Shown here in pieces: positions 17,882-24,771 of a stretch of DNA of 64,000 nucleotides (its first letter is position 1; every line of letters starts with the position of its first letter). A program made the position numbers and the translations under genes. The notes beneath the pieces were generated by a model, which did not search any database, was not told the DNA's origin, and saw only the letters and a program-made list of their open reading frames with translations. The stretch is from Saprospiraceae bacterium (GTDB taxonomy: Bacteria; Bacteroidota; Bacteroidia; Chitinophagales; Saprospiraceae), in NCBI GenBank assembly GCA_022448955.1, contig JAKVCU010000006.1, forward strand, positions 276-64,275, in the 5' to 3' direction.

Positions 17882-19021
17882 ATGACCAAAATTCATTCCA
17901 CACTTGCTTGTAATTTAGACAAAAACATTCTTATGGCCGCCCTACCGCTGCTAGCAGCAGAAAAGGTAGAGGCCATAGAATGGTCTTTTGATGCCCTATT
18001 CAAAACGCGTAATATCCCCAATTGGTTTGTTGATTTGCTTAGGACCTATAGTCAAGGCCAAGCGCTTATAGGCCACGGTATTTTCTTTTCTCTCTTCTCC
18101 GGTCGATGGTCACCCGAACAACAACAGTGGCTTAATCATTTAAAAAGAATAACAAAGGAGTTCAATTTCGAACACATTACAGAACATTTTGGCTTTATGA
18201 CTGGCAAAAACTTTCATCAAGGTGCGCCGATTAGCGTACCTTATAATGAAAGAACACTTGCCCTTGGGCAGGATCGCCTAAAAAGAATGTACGAAGCATG
18301 TCAGCGACCAGTGGGGCTTGAAAACTTAGCTATTGCTTATTCGACTGCTGAGGTTCAGCAACATGGCGAATTTCTGGAAGCACTCCTCTCTCCTATTAAT
18401 GGTTTTATCATTTTAGACTTACATAATTTTTATTGCCATCTCCACAATTTTGAAGAAAACTTTGACCGACTAATTCAGTCTTATCCTGTTCACATGGTTA
18501 GAGAAATTCATATTTCTGGAGGATCATGGCAGAATTCAGAATGGTTCGATGACAAAAAAGTTCGAAGGGATACGCATGATGATGGTGTTCCAGAAATAGT
18601 TTTTGAGTTATTGGAAAAAGTCATTCCGCTTTGCCCCAATTTAAAATATGTAGTACTAGAACAACTAGGTACTGGCTTAAAAACAGATGGACAGAAAACA
18701 AGATTTCAGAAAGATTTCTTAAGAATGGACGAGATCGTTCAACCATCTATTCCTCATAAGAAAACTCAGAATGATTTTTTGCCTAAGCAGAAAATTAAAT
18801 TCGATGAAATTGTAGAAGATGAAGTTTTTCATCAACAGCAAATGCAGCTTTCCGCCATTTTAGAAAATGCGGTAGACGCAGCATCCGCAGAAAAACTCTT
18901 AATGAATTCAGCTTTAGCCAAAACAGATTGGAAAGTCGAAGAATGGAAGACACATATGCTAGATGCAGTTATTCAAATTGCACAGCAATGGAAAAAAGGA
19001 TTCCAATCCCCAGCAAATTAG
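17882..19021 (+). CDS. DUF692 / multinuclear non-haem iron oxidase (MNIO) with about 93-aa C-terminal extension
   Basis: GHGIFFSL, EHITEHFGF, LENLA, ILDLHN, EIHISGG, RRDTHDD and VVLEQ follow the metal-ligand pattern of the DUF692 TIM barrel. Residues ~287-379 are additional and look helical. Confidence 0.8.
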   Translation: MTKIHSTLACNLDKNILMAALPLLAAEKVEAIEWSFDALFKTRNIPNWFVDLLRTYSQGQALIGHGIFFSLFSGRWSPEQQQWLNHLKRITKEFNFEHITEHFGFMTGKNFHQGAPISVPYNERTLALGQDRLKRMYEACQRPVGLENLAIAYSTAEVQQHGEFLEALLSPINGFIILDLHNFYCHLHNFEENFDRLIQSYPVHMVREIHISGGSWQNSEWFDDKKVRRDTHDDGVPEIVFELLEKVIPLCPNLKYVVLEQLGTGLKTDGQKTRFQKDFLRMDEIVQPSIPHKKTQNDFLPKQKIKFDEIVEDEVFHQQQMQLSAILENAVDAASAEKLLMNSALAKTDWKVEEWKTHMLDAVIQIAQQWKKGFQSPAN

Positions 19022-19039
19022 GGATTGGAATATTATGTT

Positions 19040-20068
19040 TTAATTCTTTTTTCTCTTTCTAGTTTTTGTTGTTTTTGTTCGGCTTCTGGTCACAGTATTA
19101 CCTTTCTTCTTAGCTTTCGTCGTCGTTGTCCTTTTCCTTGTAGTCGTTGTTTTTCCTCTATTTGTTTTACTAACTGTTGTAGTTTTTTTTCTAGCTCCAA
19201 CAGTGCCATTATTCTTCTTACCAACAGTCGTGCTTGTTTTGGTTACCGTTGTTCTTCTCGGTGTGCTTGTTTTGGTCACGGTTGTTCCCCGAGCTGTAGT
19301 TCTTACTCTTGTGGTAGATTTGGCTACTACAACTCTGGAAGTTGTTCTTCGAGGTGTATAAACACGATGCGCTCTTACCACTCTTGGTGTACGTACCACA
19401 TGATATCTTGGACGATAAACTACTGTTCTTGGGTAAAACACTCGCCATGGACGTGGACGCCATGGACGCCACCATCTAGGATAAACACCCCATCCAAATG
19501 GGGAAACCCAAACTCGATATCCTGGACGGTAAATAAAACGTACACTTGGCCACAACCAAACATTCACCACTACTCTCCTAAATTCTAAATCTGCACTTGG
19601 TCCACCATTTCCACCACTTGCCCCTTCATCAAATGGTTCAACGAAGTAGTCTTCACCATATAGGGTCTCATCTCCTATAATTTGCAAGACCGCTTGTTCA
19701 TCACCTGTTTTTTCTATGGCTATTACAGCAATATCTTGCGATTCACTTTTACTAAAAGGTACTTGCAGTGCAATAGCATGCAAATTACCTTCCATGTTAT
19801 CTACAACTCTTACGTAATCAATCTCTCCATCTTCGTTTAGATCAAGATTATTGATATTATTACCTTCTCTATTTAATGCCTCTTCAAAGGCTTCTAATGA
19901 GGATGCCTGTTTAAATAGAGTCAAAGCCCCTTCTAAGCAAAAATTGTCTCCTAACAAACCAGTACTATCTTTAACAATATCTTGTCCTTGTGCAACTGCA
20001 TTTTGAACAGAAAAAATAGAGGCTAATAAAATCAATGCATTCAACAACAACTTTTGTTTCATATTCAA
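19040..20068 (-). CDS. secreted protein with EF-hand-like loop and extremely basic W/R/P-rich then T/K/R-rich tail
   Basis: Signal peptide (cleavage near AVAQG), DLNEDGEIDYVR loop, then WPSVRFIYRPGYRVWVSPFGWGVYPRWWRPWRPRPWRVFYPR, then about 130 aa made almost only of T, R, K, V, S. The antisense ORF 19025-19588 is a mirror artefact. Confidence 0.7.
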   Translation of the reverse strand: MNMKQKLLLNALILLASIFSVQNAVAQGQDIVKDSTGLLGDNFCLEGALTLFKQASSLEAFEEALNREGNNINNLDLNEDGEIDYVRVVDNMEGNLHAIALQVPFSKSESQDIAVIAIEKTGDEQAVLQIIGDETLYGEDYFVEPFDEGASGGNGGPSADLEFRRVVVNVWLWPSVRFIYRPGYRVWVSPFGWGVYPRWWRPWRPRPWRVFYPRTVVYRPRYHVVRTPRVVRAHRVYTPRRTTSRVVVAKSTTRVRTTARGTTVTKTSTPRRTTVTKTSTTVGKKNNGTVGARKKTTTVSKTNRGKTTTTRKRTTTTKAKKKGNTVTRSRTKTTKTRKRKKN

Positions 20069-20264
20069 TTATTTTGATTGATTCAAATGAATGGAAAGTA
20101 CTCCATTTTAAATGTTTGCTCCTTTGATAATAGAATGATTAAAAGGTTTAAAATGTTTTTTGTTAAATAGTGTTAAGATAGCATTCGAACGATTCGAGTG
20201 TTAAAATTTCGTGTTTTATTTTTAATATTTGCTCAAAAGCAGATAGAAATTTGCCAAAGCTTTT

Positions 20265-20272
20265 TATTTTTG
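20265..20272 (+). promoter_or_regulatory. TAttTTTG -7 type box
   Basis: Matches TAnnTTTG, 29 nt upstream of the ATG at 20301 (first gene of the PUL). Confidence 0.4.
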
Positions 20273-20300
20273 GTGAAATATTGTATTCAACTTTAACAAC

Positions 20301-21722
20301 ATGACTAGACAGAGTAGGCTTATTCTGTGCATTGGTGTGCTTATGCACTTCAGTTATTTCCTAGATGCTCAATCCTTCTACTTTGGAGCAGACCTTTCCT
20401 ATATCAATGAAATGGAGGATTGTGGAGTTATCTATAAAGAAAACCAATCTCCAAAGGATCCTTTCCAAATTTTTGCTGATCATAATTGTAACTTAGTCCG
20501 TTTGAGACTCTGGCATACGCCCGCTTGGTACGATGATTTGAACAGCGGAGAGCGCTATTCTGATTTCACTGACGTGAAAAGGAGTATCGCAAGAGCCAAA
20601 GAGCAAGGGATGGAAGTCTTACTTGATTTCCACCTATCAGATAATTGGGCAGATCCAGGCAAGCAAATCGTTCCAGCTGCTTGGCTAGATGTAGTCAATG
20701 ATTTGCCTAAATTAAAAGATTCCTTATACGCTTATATCACCTCTACTCTTCTAGCATTGCATCAAGAGGATCTCCTTCCAGAAATGGTGCAAATTGGAAA
20801 CGAAACTAATAAAGGAATTTTACTTTCTCCAGAAGATAATACCAACTCAGGAATCGACTGGAACCGCAATAGCCAGTTATTCAATAGAGCTATTCAAGCA
20901 ATAGAAGTTGTTGAACTTATAACGCAGAAAGATATCAAGATCGCCATTCATGTTGCAGGCCCCGATGCAGGAGACTGGTTAATCAATGGGTTTATTGAAA
21001 ATGGAGTAACCGATTTTGAGGTCATTGGAATTTCCTACTATTGGGCATGGCACCAACCTACTACTATTGAACAAACTGGTCAAATTATAGGGGACTTACG
21101 TACTTCTTTGCCAGATAAAGAGCTTATCATATTTGAAACTGGATATATCTGGACTACAGAATTTAACGATAATGCCAATAATATAATCAATGCTACTCAT
21201 CCTGATTATTCCCCCCCAAGCCCACAAGCACAAAAACAATGGTTAATAGATCTTACCACTGAGGTGATAGAACACGGAGGAAGTGGTGTCATCTATTGGG
21301 AACCAGCATGGGTATCTTCTAGTTGTTGGACCCAATGGGGGCAGGGGTCTCACCAAGAACATGCTACCTTCTTTGATTTTGACAATAATTTAATCGAAGA
21401 TGGAGGTATTTCATGGATGGAAGAAAGTTATCCAACCTCAATCAACACCATTCTCAAAATAGAATCCGTAAGTATATTTCTCAACCAAAGTGCTCAACAG
21501 CTTATCATCAAAGATCCTAAGATGGAAATAGATACTTCAAGTATACTTCAAATTAATAACCTAAACGGACAGACTCTATTTTCTTCATCGATTAACTCAT
21601 TAAATAAATCTGGAAACGAATATCGAATTCGGTGGCCCGAACTGCCAACTGCTATTTATGTAGTAAGCATTTGGAGTCAAAAAAAGGAAGTCTACAGCAA
21701 AAAGATTAACTATATCAAATAA
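20301..21722 (+). CDS. GH53 endo-beta-1,4-galactanase with T9SS C-terminal sorting domain
   Basis: FGADLSYINEMEDCG ... NLVRLRLWHTP ... VQIGNE ... ISYYWAWH match GH53. The last ~80 aa (LNGQTLF...AIYVVSIW...) look like a type A T9SS CTD. Confidence 0.85.
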   Translation: MTRQSRLILCIGVLMHFSYFLDAQSFYFGADLSYINEMEDCGVIYKENQSPKDPFQIFADHNCNLVRLRLWHTPAWYDDLNSGERYSDFTDVKRSIARAKEQGMEVLLDFHLSDNWADPGKQIVPAAWLDVVNDLPKLKDSLYAYITSTLLALHQEDLLPEMVQIGNETNKGILLSPEDNTNSGIDWNRNSQLFNRAIQAIEVVELITQKDIKIAIHVAGPDAGDWLINGFIENGVTDFEVIGISYYWAWHQPTTIEQTGQIIGDLRTSLPDKELIIFETGYIWTTEFNDNANNIINATHPDYSPPSPQAQKQWLIDLTTEVIEHGGSGVIYWEPAWVSSSCWTQWGQGSHQEHATFFDFDNNLIEDGGISWMEESYPTSINTILKIESVSIFLNQSAQQLIIKDPKMEIDTSSILQINNLNGQTLFSSSINSLNKSGNEYRIRWPELPTAIYVVSIWSQKKEVYSKKINYIK

Positions 21723-21792
21723 ACAATTTTTAAGGAAAGCCATTGCTTTCCGGCGTATCAACTTTAAAAAATGAAAAAATATTCTTGCTAGT

Positions 21793-24741
21793 ATGAAACG
21801 ATTGAATACATTTTTATTCTCCATGCTCTTAGCTTTGGCACCGACCTTTTTGCTTGGCCAGCGAGCCATTACAGGTACGGTTACAGATGCAGACACTAAA
21901 GAGCCATTAATTGGAGCAAACATATTAATTCAAGGTACAACCATAGGTACCATTACTGATTTCGATGGCAATTTTTCTCTTGATGTTCCTGAAGGAACAA
22001 CTGCACTTTTAATTAGCTATACTGGATATGCAGACATCGTTTATCCGCTTGGCGCAGAAAATGTGCTGAAGGTTGAATTAACTGCTGGTGAGCTACTAGA
22101 TGAAGTAGTCATCATCGGTTATGGTACAGTAAAAAAAGAAGATGCTACAGGTGCTATTCAAACCATCAATACTAAAGACTTTAATAAAGGAGCAATCAAT
22201 ACTCCTCAGGAGTTATTGGTCGGTAAAGTGGCTGGAGTTCAAATCACGCAAGGGGCTGCACCAGGTGATGGTGCTGCTATTCGTATTCGTGGAGGTTCTT
22301 CTCTTGGTGCCTCTAACGACCCCCTAATCGTTATTGATGGAATACCCATTGATAATGGAGGGATATCAGGTGCTAGAAACCCATTAAATGCGATTAATCC
22401 TAATGATATCGCGTCCTTTAATATTCTAAAAGATGCGTCTGCGACAGCTATTTATGGTTCTAGAGCCTCAAATGGAGTCATCATTATTACCACTAAGAAA
22501 GGGAAAACAGGCAAAGGTGTAAAAGTAGATTATGCAGGTAATGTATCTATCAGTGAAAATGTTAGATTCTTAGATGTATTAAATGCGGATGAATACAGAT
22601 CATTAGTCGCCGAACAATTCCCAGATTCATTTGAACCTGATTCGTTATTAGGTAATGCTAATACTAATTGGCAAGATCAAATTTATCAAACAGCTATTGG
22701 ACAAGACCACAATCTTTCTTTCTCTGGAGGAATTAGTGACTTTTTACCATACCGTGTATCTTTAGGTTATACCAATCGTAATGGTGTACTTAAAACAGAT
22801 GAATTCCAAAGAACAACGCTTGGTGTCAACTTAAATCCTTCATTTTTAGACAACCGCCTTCAAATAAATTTGGGTATTAAAGGAAGTTTTTCACAAAACC
22901 AATTTGCGAACCGTGGCGCCATAGGATCTGCAGCTCGCTTCGACCCTACTCAAGAAGTGTTGGATCCAGGCAATGCCTTCGGTGGCTATTTCACCTGGAC
23001 ACAAGAGGGTACTGGAAATCCAAACAGTTTAGCCGCTCCAAACCCTTTAGCTTTGTTAGAGTTACGGGATGACCAGTCGGAAGTAGCACGTTATATCATG
23101 AATGCTTCTATTGATTATCGTTTTGCATTCTTACCAGAATTAAGGGCTAATCTTAGCTTAGGGTATGATTATGCTAGAGGTGAAGGAACAGTCGTTGTTC
23201 CTAATTTTGCTTCATTTGCATTCGATGCAGTAAATGGTGGTGGTCAGAATTCAAGATACGATCAAGAAAAGACCAACAAGTTGTTAGACTTTTACCTAAA
23301 TTATGTAAAAGAGTTTGGCAATCAGAAAATTGATATCATGGCAGGGTATTCTTGGCAAAGATTCTTCTTTGACAACTATTCCTTCAATACCAATGCTGCA
23401 GGGACACCCACTCCTGACATCACTACCGAGTTTTTTGATTCTGGCGAGCTGTTTTTATTATCTCTTTTTGGCCGTTTGAATTATACCTTGGATGATAAGT
23501 ACTTATTTACTTTCACCCTTCGCCGTGATGGTTCATCTCGTTTCTCTCCTGATACCCGTTGGGGTCTCTTTCCAGCAGCAGCTTTCGCTTGGAAAATTCT
23601 TGAGAATCAAAATGGTATCTTGAATAACTTAAAACTCAGGCTAGGATATGGTGTAACTGGTCAGCAAGATATTGGCGGATATTACCTATACCTTCCTACA
23701 TATACGATAGGCCAACCTACCGCAGCTTATCCTTTCGGAAATGATTTTGTACAAACACTACGCCCTGAAGAGTATGATGCAGATATCAAATGGGAAGAAA
23801 CCACAACCTACAATCTCGGTTTAGATTTCAGTTTACTGAATGATCGAATTTCTGGCTCTGTTGAATATTATATAAGACAAACAAACGATCTGCTATTAGG
23901 TATTCCTATTCCAGCGGGTACCAACCTCTCTAACTTCCTCATTACAAATATTGGAGATTTAGAAAATAGAGGGGTAGAGCTTACGCTAAATGCAATTCCA
24001 GTACAAGTTGAAAACTATAGATGGGAAGTAGGCTTTAACTTTACAAGAAATGAAAACAAAATCACTAAACTATTAGCTACGGATGATCCAGAATTCCAAG
24101 GAAACCGCGTTGGAGGTATATCAGGTGGTTTAGGTAATACGGTTCAAATTAATAGTGTAGGTTTCCCCGCTTCTAGTTACTTCTTGTACGAGCAGGTTTA
24201 TGACGAAACAGGTACACCAATTGAAGGATTATATGTTGATCGTAATGGTGATGGCGTTGTGAATCCAGACGATTTATATCGTACCGAAAATCCAGCACCA
24301 GATTACTTTTTAGGAATAAACTCTACTTTTGATTATAAAGGATTAAGCTTAAGTTTCTCTGCTAGAGCTAATCTAGGTAATCATATCTACAACAATGTAT
24401 GGTCTGATTTCGGAACCTATGCTAGTTTATATAACTCCGCTGGTTTCTGGTCAAATGTACACGCTAGTGTAAATGATATCCGTTTCCAAAACCCACAATA
24501 CTTAAGTGACCACTTCTTGCAAGATGGTTCTTTTATAAGATTTGATTATATCACTCTTGCCTATCAATTTGGTTCATTATTCAAAAAATCAATCAAAAAC
24601 TTAGGCATCTCAGCAACGGTTCAGAATCCATTTGTGATTACAAACTATGAAGGTATTGATCCTGAGATTTTTGGAGGTATTGATAATAACATTTATCCAA
24701 GAGCAAGAACTTTTGTATTTGGATTAAACGCTAGTTTCTAA
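21793..24741 (+). CDS. SusC/RagA family TonB-linked outer membrane protein
   Basis: CarboxypepD_reg-like N-terminus (ITGTVTDADTKEPLIGANILIQGT), TonB plug (ASATAIYGSRASNGVIIITTKKG), 982 aa, C-terminal F. Confidence 0.95.
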   Translation: MKRLNTFLFSMLLALAPTFLLGQRAITGTVTDADTKEPLIGANILIQGTTIGTITDFDGNFSLDVPEGTTALLISYTGYADIVYPLGAENVLKVELTAGELLDEVVIIGYGTVKKEDATGAIQTINTKDFNKGAINTPQELLVGKVAGVQITQGAAPGDGAAIRIRGGSSLGASNDPLIVIDGIPIDNGGISGARNPLNAINPNDIASFNILKDASATAIYGSRASNGVIIITTKKGKTGKGVKVDYAGNVSISENVRFLDVLNADEYRSLVAEQFPDSFEPDSLLGNANTNWQDQIYQTAIGQDHNLSFSGGISDFLPYRVSLGYTNRNGVLKTDEFQRTTLGVNLNPSFLDNRLQINLGIKGSFSQNQFANRGAIGSAARFDPTQEVLDPGNAFGGYFTWTQEGTGNPNSLAAPNPLALLELRDDQSEVARYIMNASIDYRFAFLPELRANLSLGYDYARGEGTVVVPNFASFAFDAVNGGGQNSRYDQEKTNKLLDFYLNYVKEFGNQKIDIMAGYSWQRFFFDNYSFNTNAAGTPTPDITTEFFDSGELFLLSLFGRLNYTLDDKYLFTFTLRRDGSSRFSPDTRWGLFPAAAFAWKILENQNGILNNLKLRLGYGVTGQQDIGGYYLYLPTYTIGQPTAAYPFGNDFVQTLRPEEYDADIKWEETTTYNLGLDFSLLNDRISGSVEYYIRQTNDLLLGIPIPAGTNLSNFLITNIGDLENRGVELTLNAIPVQVENYRWEVGFNFTRNENKITKLLATDDPEFQGNRVGGISGGLGNTVQINSVGFPASSYFLYEQVYDETGTPIEGLYVDRNGDGVVNPDDLYRTENPAPDYFLGINSTFDYKGLSLSFSARANLGNHIYNNVWSDFGTYASLYNSAGFWSNVHASVNDIRFQNPQYLSDHFLQDGSFIRFDYITLAYQFGSLFKKSIKNLGISATVQNPFVITNYEGIDPEIFGGIDNNIYPRARTFVFGLNASF

Positions 24742-24771
24742 AATTAAGATGCAAAGAAAAATCTAAATAAA

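Noticed and set aside
17815-17913. 32-codon ORF (MTSRKTIFISSIQKLTAKRTFSYDQNSFHTCL) between the precursor and the DUF692 gene, considered as a second peptide or partner
   Set aside because: It is out of frame with, and overlaps, the DUF692 start. It has no Cys motif resembling the precursor and no recognisable features. Nothing supports it beyond being open.
19025-19588. 187-aa Cys/Ser-rich ORF on the + strand immediately after the DUF692 gene, superficially attractive as a second Cys-rich RiPP substrate
   Set aside because: It is the antisense reading of the Thr/Arg/Lys-rich tail of the 19040-20068 gene. ACN/CGN/AAR codons read in reverse give Cys/Ser/Phe-rich sequence. The minus-strand ORF has a signal peptide and a globular domain and extends well beyond it, so the + strand ORF is a mirror artefact.
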